Part shown: in pieces, positions 29,846-39,647 of the stretch
How positions within the stretch are numbered: the first letter of the stretch is position 1
Layout of the letters: each line of letters begins with the position of its first letter
Assembly (NCBI GenBank): GCA_963758525.1
Contig: CAVWVQ010000001.1
Location: forward strand, 96,001 to 160,000
Reading direction: 5' to 3'
Source: an uncultured Phycisphaerales bacterium
GTDB lineage: Bacteria > Planctomycetota > Phycisphaerae > Tepidisphaerales > Tepidisphaeraceae
DNA: 64,000 nt
Program-made: the position numbers and the translations under genes
Notes under the pieces: model-generated
What the model was told of the DNA's origin: nothing
Seen by the model: the letters and a program-made list of their open reading frames with translations, nothing else
Databases searched by the model: none

Positions 29846-30933
29846 CTACGTTTCGCTCAGCGGTCGATATTGATCCGGGTCATCAAAACCGGCGATCCAC
29901 GCCGCCGCCTGATGGCACGTTGCCGTGGTCGGAGGAACTCTCAGAACGTAGCGTCGGGCGGTGGAGGGGCAGATGACGCTGAGGCAAACAAGATCCTCGT
30001 CCCCTTCCATCGGAACTTTCACCAGCCTTCTCGGGCCGCCCGCATCGCGATCTTCGTCGAGCGTCTGGGCGTTCGCGTCAGCCAGGAACTTTTGATACCC
30101 CATGCGCTCAAGCATCACCCTGCGTTTTTCAGCATTGGGTTCCGCAAGAATCTCCTGCGAAGTAATGGTTTCGGACAGGAACGCGATTCGCGCATCGACG
30201 GGGACCCCGCGCCAGCGAATCTGAACGCCGTAGAGCGAGCAGGGCAGCGACGTGACTCCCGTGCCCGCAACGTCAATCCAGGATGAAACCCGCAATCCTT
30301 CCGGGAGGCTTCTCAGATTGGTGCAGTCGCGCAAATCCAATTGGGCAATGCGACACAGCCACGAAGGGAGTTCGCGAAGCTGGGCGCACCCGCGAGCGGT
30401 CAGCCGCCCGACCGAAACTGACGCGTGCGCCGGCCATCGCTCAAGCCCCGTGCAGCCGCTCACATCAAGGAAGTAAGTGTCCAGCCCCTCCGGCAGCTCG
30501 GCAAGAGAAATGCAGTCGCGCAGATTCAAAGACCCGACTTTCAGACCGGCTGGCAGACGTTGCAGCGCCGTGCATGACTCCAGATCCAATCGGTACGATA
30601 CGCGCAGTGTCGACGGGATCGAATCGATCGAGGTTCCCTTGAGGCTCAGTTCATAGCAATTCAGCCCGTCGAGCAGATGTGATGGATTCCAACTGCCCTC
30701 CAGAGAGAGCCGCCGGACTGCAAGACCTTCGGGAAGGCTTGTCAACTCCGGAATCTGTTCCAGCACGAGCGAGTTGACGCTAAGACGGCGGGGCAGCCGG
30801 ATCGGGCATCCGGGCTTGCGAATCTCAAGAACGCCCGCCACGCGCAGTTCCTGGGCGCGGTACCGTTCAGAATCATCCGCAGTGCATCGCCGGGGGAGAC
30901 GTGGCCTTTGGGTATCGAAGGTGGCCGTGGCAT
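29846..30933 (-). CDS. LRR-like repeat + DUF6745 domain protein (frameshift near 30853)
   Basis: L..LPEGL.V repeats; C-terminal GVPVD..EILAEPNAEKRRVMLERMGY..VICPSTARRYVLRVPP..CHQAAAW; N-terminus from ORF 30742-30933. Confidence 0.8.
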
Positions 30934-30947
30934 GGAACGCCCGAGGA

Positions 30948-31244
30948 TTAGTCAACCACCCGCCGAATGCCTTTCGGCGAATACTCCCGCTGCTGCCAGA
31001 AGCGGTACGTACCGCGCGGAAGTCGGATGGGATGGTGCTCGTCGTGAATAAGCGTTGCCGATTCGCACTCAACCCGCAGGAACCCGCTCCCCTCAAAATC
31101 GAAGACTTCCACGTCCGTCGCATCGGCGATCCGATGACTATGGCCCGTCGCCTCACCCCGAGCCAGAATCGCCGAAGGCCTTCGCGCAGCCTCGGCCGGA
31201 ATCGAAGCAACGGGCATGATGATCACGTCCCCATGGCGGTACAT
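30948..31244 (-). CDS. Small His-motif protein of the type that partners DUF6745
   Basis: AGGAG RBS; MYRHGDV..LARGEATGHSH..IHDEHHPIRLPRGTYRFWQQREY..RRVVD. Confidence 0.8.
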   Translation of the reverse strand: MYRHGDVIIMPVASIPAEAARRPSAILARGEATGHSHRIADATDVEVFDFEGSGFLRVECESATLIHDEHHPIRLPRGTYRFWQQREYSPKGIRRVVD

Positions 31245-31303
31245 GCTGTCTCCTGCTTGGCGGGAGCTTGTTGAAGCACCCCAACGATTCAGTTGTTTTC
31301 GAT

Positions 31304-31345
31304 TGGGCGATGAGGGGCTCGAATCCCCGACCTCACGGGTGTGAT
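31304..31345 (-). repeat. att-site duplication of the tRNA-Val 3' half
   Basis: 42 bp, 41/42 identical to 44372-44413. Confidence 0.92.
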
Positions 31346-31437
31346 TCGCCTTCTTTAACCGCACCAGATCGGTCCCAAGAGCTTTACTTTGCATAAGATA
31401 GCGTCCGGAATTATCTGTCGCAACCCCTCTTGCTTCG

Positions 31438-34400
31438 TCATGTGATTCGCCGCAGGACTCGTTGGCTGGGATGGCGGCATGCTTTGTATAGAAGCATTCC
31501 CGCGATGGCGGCGGTGGAGACCAGCACGGCCGATTTCATCGTCGCGATGCGACGCGCGCGAGCGCGGGCACGGATGAGTCCCGCTTCGGGTCTTTCGCGT
31601 TGCGGTCCATTGGGCCCTTGGTGCAGGGCCATCTGCAGAACTTGAGCAACGTGCAGGGCGTGGCGGTTGGTGTCCTGCGAGATCTGCTCGCGGCAACTGA
31701 AGCCGTCAGCAATGATCAGCGTGTCGTCGTCCTCTTTACGGACGTTTGGAAGGAGCACGCGCTGGCCGGCCTTGACAGCGACCTCGTAATGCAAGCCCGC
31801 TTCAAACCCGAACGCGCCGGCCATGCCACAGCAGCCGTCCTCGGGCTCGTGAAAGTCAATGCCCATCTGCTTGAGCACATGCTTCTCGGCGAACAATTCG
31901 CCAAATTCCTTGTCGTTCAAGGTGTCCAACGACTTCTGATGGCAGTGCCCATGCAGCAATGCCTTGCGATGCAAGCGAGGGACGCGGTAGTCGGGAGCTT
32001 TCTTGCGCAGGAAGTCGGACAGGGTGTACGTCTGCGCTTTCAACCGATCGCCATCGCGGTTGTTTGGGAGGATGTTGCTCAACTCGTCCTTGAACACCGC
32101 CCAGCAACTGGGTTCCAGGACCACCATGGGTGTGCCGGCCTCGATGTGCGGCTGAAGTTTCTCCAGGATGTCGAGCAGCCATCGCTGCGCCATGTTGAGG
32201 AAGCCATAGTCGTACAACGGCCGGCCGCAGCAGATGTCCTGCATCGGGACGATCACGCGGAAGCCGGCATCCTCGAGTATTTCAACAGCCGCTTTGGAAG
32301 TCTCCACGTGGAAGTAATTGTTGAAGGTATCGGCGAAGAGAATCACACGCGGCCCGGCCGGGTGTCTGGGCTCATGTCTGGCGAACCATGCTTTGAAGCT
32401 TTCGGGGGCAAACGGGGGGATGCGGCGCTTCTGCTCCATTCCCGCCATCCATTTGGCGATCGCGCTTAGCCCCGGCGTCTGGGTGCACCAGTTGAGAAGC
32501 GTCGGCGCAACCGACGCCAGATGAGACCAGATGTGAATCCATCCGAAGGCATAGGCGTAACGTGGGCGCAGCCGCCCTTCGTAGTAGTGGCTCAGGAACT
32601 CGGCCTTGTAAGTGGCCATGTCCACATTCACGGGACAGTCGCCTTTGCAACCCTTGCAACTCAGACAAAGGTCCAGGGCGTCCTTAACCGCCTCGCTTTT
32701 CCAACCGTCCTCGATGATTTCGCCGTTCATCATTTCGAACAGCATCCGGGCTCGGCCGCGGGTGCTGTCTTTTTCCTCGTGGGTGACCATGTAGCTGGGG
32801 CACATGGTGCCGCCGCCCTCGCGCCGGCACTTGCCGACACCAACGCACCGCAAAGCAGCTCGGGAAAAGGAGTGACGGTCCGCGGAATAGGAAAAGTGGG
32901 TTTTAGGTTGCGGCGGGTTGTAGTCGGGCCCGATGCGGAGGTTTTGCTCCATCCCATAGGGATCGATGACCTTTCCGGGGTTCATTTTCCATTGCGGATC
33001 CCAGATGCCTTTGAATTCGCGGAATGCGTCCATCAATTCGCTGCCGAACATCTTGGGCAGCCACTCGCCGCGCGCTTGCCCGTCCCCATGCTCGCCGGAG
33101 AAAGACCCGCCATATCGCACGACCATGTCCGTCGCTTCGTTCATAAACGCGCGATATTGCTGCAACCCCTGGGCGCTATAGAGATCGAAGGGCACACGGC
33201 AATGGATACATCCCTGTCCGAGATGGCCATAGAGCGACGGGTGAAAGCCATATTTGTCAAAGAGCTTGCGAAGGTCGCGAAGATAGGAGCCTACTTTCGG
33301 CACAGGGACGGCTGAGTCCTCCCAGCCCGGCCAGGTATCGGGCAAGCCAGGCACCCAGGCGGTGGAGCCCAGGCTTCCCTCGCGCACCTTCCAGATCATC
33401 TCCTCCTGCTGCGGATCGTCGTACAGCTTCATTGACGGTGGATGTTTTCCTTTGGCCAGAGCGTCCATGCACCTGCGGGCCCGGGCATCGGAGTCCTCCT
33501 TTGAGTCGCCGCCGAACTCGACGAGCAAGAAACCTTTCCCCTCAGGAAGCAGAGCCAGGTTTGCGTTCTGATCCCCCTTTTTCTTGACGTATTCGAACAA
33601 CAGGTGGTCCATCCCCTCCAGCGCCGTGGGATTGAACGCAAGCACTTCAATGTTGTGGTCCGCGGCGGTGGCGATGTCCGGAAAACCGAAGATCACGAGC
33701 GTTCGCGCCTTGGGCTCGGGCACGAGTTTCAAGGTTGCCTCAAGAATGGTGACACAAGTGCTCTCGGTGCCAACCAGCGCCGCGGCAACATTGAAGCCGT
33801 TCTCCGGGAGCAACATCGGAAGGTTGAAACCGGAGACGCGCCGCTCTAATTGCGGGTACTTCGTACGGATGGCAACCTGGTATCGGTCGCGCAGGGATTT
33901 GAGTTTCGCGTAGATCTCTCCCTTGCGGCCCCCGGCGGCGATGATCCGCTCCAGTTCATCCGGCGAAGTGGGACCAACGCGAAATCGGGCGCCGTCGTAG
34001 GTGAGGATCTCCAACTCGTGCGTGTTATCGCTGACGCGAAGCCCCATCCCATTGTTCTTGCTCATCAGCGAGTGAACGCCGCAGGAGTTATTGCCGAGCA
34101 TGCCTCCGAGTGTGCAATGGTCGTGAGTTTCCGGATCGGGACCAAAGTTCAGGCCGTACTGGTGGATGGCAGCGTGGCGCAGGTCGTCGAGCACGCATCC
34201 GGGCTGTACTGTGCCTAGCCTCAATTTGGGATCGATGTGAATGACTTGCCGCATGTACTTCGAGAAATCGATCACCACGGCGACGTTGCAGCATTCGCCG
34301 GCCAGGCTGGTTCCCCCGCCGCGTGCGAGAATAGGTGCGCTGAACTTTCGCGCCAGCGCCACGGTTCGCTCAACATCCGCCGCGTGGCGCGGAATGACTA

Positions 34401-34611
34401 CGCCGATTGGCACCTGTCGATAATTGGAGGCATCGGTCGCATAGAGCGCGCGGGCGCCGGCATCGAAGCGCACTTCCCCGTCGATCACCGCCTTCAGCTC
34501 CGCTTCAAGTGAGTCGGGATGTGCGATGGACGTACGAGTATCGTCGATCTCCTCCCGTCGAAACCGCCGGGACTCAGTGTTCTCACGCAGTACTTTTAAA
34601 CTCTGATTCAT
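31438..34611 (-). CDS. FAD-linked oxidase fused to Fe-S/CCG domains (GlcD-GlcF/YdiJ-like 2-hydroxyacid dehydrogenase family)
   Basis: RGGGTSLAG, CTLGGMLGNNSCG, SGEHGDG, CVGVGKC, CLSCKGCKGDCP, CCGR, HGHCH, CCGMAG. Confidence 0.9.
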   Translation of the reverse strand: MNQSLKVLRENTESRRFRREEIDDTRTSIAHPDSLEAELKAVIDGEVRFDAGARALYATDASNYRQVPIGVVIPRHAADVERTVALARKFSAPILARGGGTSLAGECCNVAVVIDFSKYMRQVIHIDPKLRLGTVQPGCVLDDLRHAAIHQYGLNFGPDPETHDHCTLGGMLGNNSCGVHSLMSKNNGMGLRVSDNTHELEILTYDGARFRVGPTSPDELERIIAAGGRKGEIYAKLKSLRDRYQVAIRTKYPQLERRVSGFNLPMLLPENGFNVAAALVGTESTCVTILEATLKLVPEPKARTLVIFGFPDIATAADHNIEVLAFNPTALEGMDHLLFEYVKKKGDQNANLALLPEGKGFLLVEFGGDSKEDSDARARRCMDALAKGKHPPSMKLYDDPQQEEMIWKVREGSLGSTAWVPGLPDTWPGWEDSAVPVPKVGSYLRDLRKLFDKYGFHPSLYGHLGQGCIHCRVPFDLYSAQGLQQYRAFMNEATDMVVRYGGSFSGEHGDGQARGEWLPKMFGSELMDAFREFKGIWDPQWKMNPGKVIDPYGMEQNLRIGPDYNPPQPKTHFSYSADRHSFSRAALRCVGVGKCRREGGGTMCPSYMVTHEEKDSTRGRARMLFEMMNGEIIEDGWKSEAVKDALDLCLSCKGCKGDCPVNVDMATYKAEFLSHYYEGRLRPRYAYAFGWIHIWSHLASVAPTLLNWCTQTPGLSAIAKWMAGMEQKRRIPPFAPESFKAWFARHEPRHPAGPRVILFADTFNNYFHVETSKAAVEILEDAGFRVIVPMQDICCGRPLYDYGFLNMAQRWLLDILEKLQPHIEAGTPMVVLEPSCWAVFKDELSNILPNNRDGDRLKAQTYTLSDFLRKKAPDYRVPRLHRKALLHGHCHQKSLDTLNDKEFGELFAEKHVLKQMGIDFHEPEDGCCGMAGAFGFEAGLHYEVAVKAGQRVLLPNVRKEDDDTLIIADGFSCREQISQDTNRHALHVAQVLQMALHQGPNGPQRERPEAGLIRARARARRIATMKSAVLVSTAAIAGMLLYKACRHPSQRVLRRIT

Positions 34612-34936
34612 GAGGCACTCCAATATTGATGAGCCCGCATCCGGCGCGACGCGTGCGCAACCCTGATAGATCATTCAACAGATCGTGGGCGGCTGCTGAG
34701 GCGACGCTAACAACCCCTGGGCCGAACCAAGTACCACGCCATTGGCTGGGGGAAAGTGCGTATTTTCCGCATAAGTACCCTCATGCTTCCCCGCCATACT
34801 CCGCGACTTCTCCCAACTGGAAATTCGCAGGGGCTCCGTGGCGCAGCTCTTGCACCCCCACTTTGAGCGATTATCTCACGCGTAATCATCCGGCCGATGC
34901 CACTCCGCGCGGGCGCCGGAACTTCTTCAGCATTAA

Positions 34937-36139
34937 ATGAGACAACCCATGACTCAAGAACACGATCGTCAGCGCATGATGCTCAATCGACAGGTGTTGT
35001 TTGGCGGCAAAATCGACGCGGTGGTGTGCGCTCTTCCCGCCGACGTGCTGATGCTGTCGGGATACTGCCCAGTCGTCGGCAACAGCATTGCAATCGCCAC
35101 CCCTGAGTCGACGATTTTGATCGTCCCCGACGACGAAGCCGAATTAGCCGAGGCCGGCTGGGCCGATGACGTTCGCACGTTTGAGAGCGGTTCGCTGCAC
35201 AAATTGGAAACCCTCACGCAAGCGGTTCGGCCCGTTCTGGACGACGCGCTTCGTTCGCTGAGGCTCAGCGGGTCGCGCGTGGGATATGAGCAAGGCCCCG
35301 CCTTTCAGGCCGCTCCCTATGTCGCGATGGCGGTTTATGGTCCGTCTCTCCTTCACTTGTTGTCGAATTGCCTGCCGGGTTCGGCGTTTGTCCCCGCCGA
35401 CGACCTGCTCGAGCAATTGCGTTTGGTGAAGACCTCCGGCGAGATCGAGAAGATTCGCCACGCCTGTCGAATTGCGGGAAGTGCATTTACCGATGGAATC
35501 GGGCACGTTCGCGCCGGACAAACCGAAACGTGTATCGCGTCCTGTTTTCAGGATCGGCTCTTGCGGTCTTGCGAACAGGATCGCGCGATGGGATATGCCT
35601 TCTGCATGTCCGGCCCCAATGCGGCCAACGCATATAAGGCCTACCAGCGCTCGGGCCAGCGTGAGCTTCGGCGCGGCGACCTGGTCCTGGTTCACTGCAA
35701 CTCGACAGTTGGCGGCCTCTGGACCGACGTGACGCGCACTTATTCGCTGGGCGCGCCAGTCGAAGCGAAACGGCGAATGTACGAGGCCGTCTTTGAGGCG
35801 CGACATGCGGCTCTAGGGGCCGTGCGGCCGGGCGCCCGCGCCGCCGATGTTGACCATGCCGCCCGATCCGTTCTGACCGCTCACGGGTTTGGCAAGCAGT
35901 TCAAGCATCCCACCGGCCACGGGGTTGGCCTTGGCGCCATCAACCACGAGGCGTGCCCCAGGCTGCACCCTCTCTCGCAGGAAGGGCTGGACATCGGAAT
36001 GGTGTTCAATGTCGAGCCGGCAATCTATTTCACGGGAGACTGTGGCCTGCGCCACTGCGACATGGTCGCCGTCAGTGAGACGGGGGCGGAGCTCTTGACG
36101 CCGTTTCAGGATCGGCTCGACCGGCTTGTCATCGACTGA
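34937..36139 (+). CDS. M24 (Xaa-Pro peptidase/creatinase) family protein
   Basis: RLVKTSGEIEKIR, TDVTRT, HPTGHGVGL, FNVEPAIY; some metal ligands are substituted. Confidence 0.85.
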   Translation: MRQPMTQEHDRQRMMLNRQVLFGGKIDAVVCALPADVLMLSGYCPVVGNSIAIATPESTILIVPDDEAELAEAGWADDVRTFESGSLHKLETLTQAVRPVLDDALRSLRLSGSRVGYEQGPAFQAAPYVAMAVYGPSLLHLLSNCLPGSAFVPADDLLEQLRLVKTSGEIEKIRHACRIAGSAFTDGIGHVRAGQTETCIASCFQDRLLRSCEQDRAMGYAFCMSGPNAANAYKAYQRSGQRELRRGDLVLVHCNSTVGGLWTDVTRTYSLGAPVEAKRRMYEAVFEARHAALGAVRPGARAADVDHAARSVLTAHGFGKQFKHPTGHGVGLGAINHEACPRLHPLSQEGLDIGMVFNVEPAIYFTGDCGLRHCDMVAVSETGAELLTPFQDRLDRLVID

Positions 36140-37425
36140 TCCATCGTTCCATCGGCGGCATTGTTTGAGAGTTCACCCCGGTGATAGAGCTCGCGCGCCA
36201 TGCCGTTGAGTGGAAGACAAGACCGCCAATTCTGAATGATCTCCGCATAAGCCTTTTGAACTGGGCGAGGCTGCCGTTCTTTGTTGTAAAGCCCGCACGG
36301 GTTGGTGTTGTAGTTGATTTCGCGCAATGCCGTGTCCCAATCAGTCTGGTCAATCAGGCTATACCAGGTAAAGCCCAGGATCGGGACGGCATCCTGCTTC
36401 AGGCGAGTGACGTTCTTCCACTGCTTCTTCAACCAGTCCTCCGCTTCTTTCTCACTGCTGCGCCGGTTCGTCTCCGTATGCATAACGGGCAAATCATAAC
36501 GATCGAAATACTGGTGAGTAAGCACATAGTATCCGAAGATATCGCCGGTCGGCGGTGTGCTTCCGTCGCTCTTTACCAGAATTTCGTTTGTGCCGTAGTA
36601 GTCATTCCCCATGATGCAGTAAGGGGTGAGGAGACGGCCATTGTCCAGGAACCAATGATATTCCTCCCTGGTGAGCCCATTCTCTCTCAAGAACTCGTAG
36701 ATCAATCCGTTCACGTCGTGCCCGTAGATCAGGTCGAGAGCGACGAACCGTTTTTGATTGTCAAAGTAGGCTTCGCGATGGGTTTGCGGACTCTCCTGAT
36801 GGTAGTACGTGGTTGATTCGCTTTGTACGAACAGCGCGTCAGGTTGTACCTGTAAGATGGCCTGTTCGGCGAGGATCGTCGCCTGACACATGTGCTTCAA
36901 TGCCGTGACGAACGCTCGGTCGCTGCTCAGCCGCTCGTTCCACCAGCCGCGGCGCGCGGAAAACTCTGCACAAATGAAGATTTCGTTCACCGGGGTATAC
37001 AGCACGATCCACGGATAACGTTGGGCAAACGCCCGCGCGAAGTTGGCGAACGCGTGCGGAAATTCGGCGTTCTGGAAGCTCCCCAACCACTCTGGCAATC
37101 CGAAGTGGCACAGGTCCACGATCGGATGGATCTTCATGTCCCGCAGCTTGTTGAACGTCTCGTCGGGGAAATCCCAATCGTAATGCCCCTGCCTGCGGCT
37201 CACGTTGTGGTATTGCGGGCTATAGCGGAGGAAATGGATGCCGGTCTCCTTCACCAATTCGAAGTCTTGGCGCCAGTTCTCGTAATGTTTGGAAAGCTCG
37301 TATCCATCGCGTCGGACGAGTTTCCCTTGCCACTCGACGATGGGATAACTGCACTCGCAGCCTGTGGCAAAGATGAAATCCTGGTCGGCACGCTTTGCAC
37401 GGATAAGTGGAAAGTCGCTGGGCAT
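36106..37425 (-). CDS. Glycoside hydrolase family 1-like protein
   Basis: FATGCECSYP, PIVDLCHFGLP, YTPVNE (acid/base), MHTETN (nucleophile), GFTWYSLIDQTDWD. Confidence 0.85.
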   Translation of the reverse strand: MPSDFPLIRAKRADQDFIFATGCECSYPIVEWQGKLVRRDGYELSKHYENWRQDFELVKETGIHFLRYSPQYHNVSRRQGHYDWDFPDETFNKLRDMKIHPIVDLCHFGLPEWLGSFQNAEFPHAFANFARAFAQRYPWIVLYTPVNEIFICAEFSARRGWWNERLSSDRAFVTALKHMCQATILAEQAILQVQPDALFVQSESTTYYHQESPQTHREAYFDNQKRFVALDLIYGHDVNGLIYEFLRENGLTREEYHWFLDNGRLLTPYCIMGNDYYGTNEILVKSDGSTPPTGDIFGYYVLTHQYFDRYDLPVMHTETNRRSSEKEAEDWLKKQWKNVTRLKQDAVPILGFTWYSLIDQTDWDTALREINYNTNPCGLYNKERQPRPVQKAYAEIIQNWRSCLPLNGMARELYHRGELSNNAADGTMDQSMTSRSSRS

Positions 37426-37474
37426 TGTGAAGTCCCTCGCTTGGGTGTCGGTCGGACTGGCGGATCATCCTGCA

Positions 37475-38557
37475 CTACATCCGTGCTTCGTCGCCTTTGG
37501 CGTTTGTGCTGCTCGTATCGGTGCGAAATCGATAGCGGTTCACCTGGCGATACGTCTGACCGGGCCGGAGGATGGTGCAGGGAAAATTCGGATGATTCAC
37601 GGAGTCAGGGAAGTGTTGCGGCTCGAACGCCAGCGCTCCGTACTTCTCATAGACGCCGCCAATTCCTTGAAGCGACCCATCGAGCAGGTTGCCGCTATAG
37701 AACTGCATGCCTGGCTGAGTGGTCCGGATTTCCATCGTTCGGCCGCTCTGCGGATGGGAAACGATCGCATAGGCATCGGAGCGACCGTCCCCGGCTGGAC
37801 CGAGGATGAAGTTGTCGTCGTAGCCCGCACCTTGGGTGCAATCGATCCTTGCGCCGACCCGTGCGGGCGCGGTGAAGTCCATTGGTGTGCCGGCGACCGG
37901 GCAAACTTCGCCCGTTGGAATCTTCTGACCGTTCACTGGCGTGAATGTCGGGGCTCTCAAGGTCAGGATGTGATCCAGAGCCTCGCCCGATCCCGCGCCG
38001 CCGAGATTGAAGTAACTGTGATTGGTCAGATTCACCGGGGTGGGCCGGTCCGTGCTCGCTTCATATTGGATCTCGAGCTCTGCCTGGTCGGTCAGCGTGC
38101 AGGTCACTGCGACAGAAAGATCGCCGGGGAAACCCTGTTCCATGTGCGGGCTCAGATATGTGAACTTCACGCCGCTACGATCATCCGCCTCAAACGTCTC
38201 TGCCCGCCATACTCGTTTGTCGAAACCGCTGGTCCCTCCATGCAGGGTGTTGCCACCATCATTGATAGGGAGGTGGTAGGTGCGTCCATCGAGCTCGAAG
38301 CGACCGCCGGCGATTCGATTCGCTACTCGACCAATCGTTGCACCAAAATACCGTCCTTTGGGCAGGTACGGGTCGACGGAATCAAATCCCAACACCACAT
38401 CGGCAAAAGATCCAAAACGATCCGGCACGTGCAATTCCGTCAGTCGTGCGCCGAAATTGGTGAATTTGGCGGTGATGCCCCCGGCTGCGGCTAAGACGTA
38501 CTGTTGCACGTGGATCCCATCGAGCGTGGTGCCGAAATCAAACGCTGCGATGCTCAT
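37475..38557 (-). CDS. galM: Aldose 1-epimerase (galactose mutarotase)
   Basis: GATIGRVANRI, LHGG, NLTNHSYFNL, QFYSGN, EPQHFPDS. Confidence 0.93.
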   Translation of the reverse strand: MSIAAFDFGTTLDGIHVQQYVLAAAGGITAKFTNFGARLTELHVPDRFGSFADVVLGFDSVDPYLPKGRYFGATIGRVANRIAGGRFELDGRTYHLPINDGGNTLHGGTSGFDKRVWRAETFEADDRSGVKFTYLSPHMEQGFPGDLSVAVTCTLTDQAELEIQYEASTDRPTPVNLTNHSYFNLGGAGSGEALDHILTLRAPTFTPVNGQKIPTGEVCPVAGTPMDFTAPARVGARIDCTQGAGYDDNFILGPAGDGRSDAYAIVSHPQSGRTMEIRTTQPGMQFYSGNLLDGSLQGIGGVYEKYGALAFEPQHFPDSVNHPNFPCTILRPGQTYRQVNRYRFRTDTSSTNAKGDEARM

Positions 38558-39602
38558 GAATACTCCCCGTTTCTTCCGCCTCTCACAGCCATGGCGGCCA
38601 GACCCACACCGATCACGGCCAGTCCAGCCCATAAGCCGGTGCGGTGCTTTGCGGCCCAGAGTTGGGCGCTTTGCGACCACGCTTTGTTGTCGAAGGGACC
38701 GTGCGATCCATGGTCGCCGGGCAGCGGCTTCCAAAAATTGTTTGGCTTGTCCCGGTCAGCCGGCTGGGGCAACTGCGATCCCTCCCACGCCGCGTGAGCG
38801 AGGTAGTGGTCGAGCGCGCCGGGGATGAATTTTTCGCCGACCACCGCTTCCACCGTGGGATATCCGAGCAACACTCGCTTGCGCTGCGGATGCTCCGCGG
38901 TAAAGACGATCGCGTCGGCGGCCACCTCCGGCTGATAGATGGTCCCCGATGGGCGCGGCTTGTGCGGCATGCGGTTCAAGGTCCAATCGAACTGCGTCGT
39001 GTTCACGCCGGGCAGGAGCACCGTGGTGATGTTGATTTTGCTCTTCTCGTGAATCAGCTCAGATCGAATGGATTCGGTGAAACCGGCGATGGCATGCTTG
39101 GCGCCGCAGTAGGCCGATTGAAGCGGAATCGATCGATGCGCCAGAGCCGATCCGACTTGCAAAATGGTGCCGTGGCCGCGCCGCCTCATGCGCTTGAGCG
39201 CGGCCATGGTGCCGTACACTTGCCCGAGGTATGTGACGTTGGTGATGTGCGCGTATTCTTCGGGGCCGATTTCCCAGAAGGGCGCGTACATCGAAACCAT
39301 CGCGTCGTTGATCCACAGATCGATGGGGCCGAGCTGGCTCTCAACGGCCTCGGCGGCTGCCTCGACCTGGTCGTAATGCGCGACGTCGGCCGGAAGAACC
39401 AGCCCGCGCCCGCCACGTTCCTCCACGTCGCGCTTTGCGCTTCCAGACCGTCGCGTCCGCGGGCAAGCAGGCCGATGGAATATCCCTTTTCGGCCAGCCG
39501 TCGGACCACCGCACGCCCCACGCCTCCCGATGCGCCGGTGACAACCGCTACGCGACCGTTTCCGATCGCCCAGGTGCTATTTGTGTGTTCGGAAGTGGAC
39601 AT
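38554..39602 (-). CDS. SDR family oxidoreductase (frameshift near 39435)
   Basis: VVTGASGGVG in ORF 39186-39602; YCGAK catalytic motif in ORF 38554-39426. Confidence 0.88.
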
Positions 39603-39647
39603 TGTTCTGCCTATTAAAATGGTGAAACGGGCGGCATCGCGCCGCGA

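Noticed and set aside
23300..31300. Second, older island in tandem at the same tRNA
   Set aside because: Content is accessory-like, but no further att copy or integrase was found by eye
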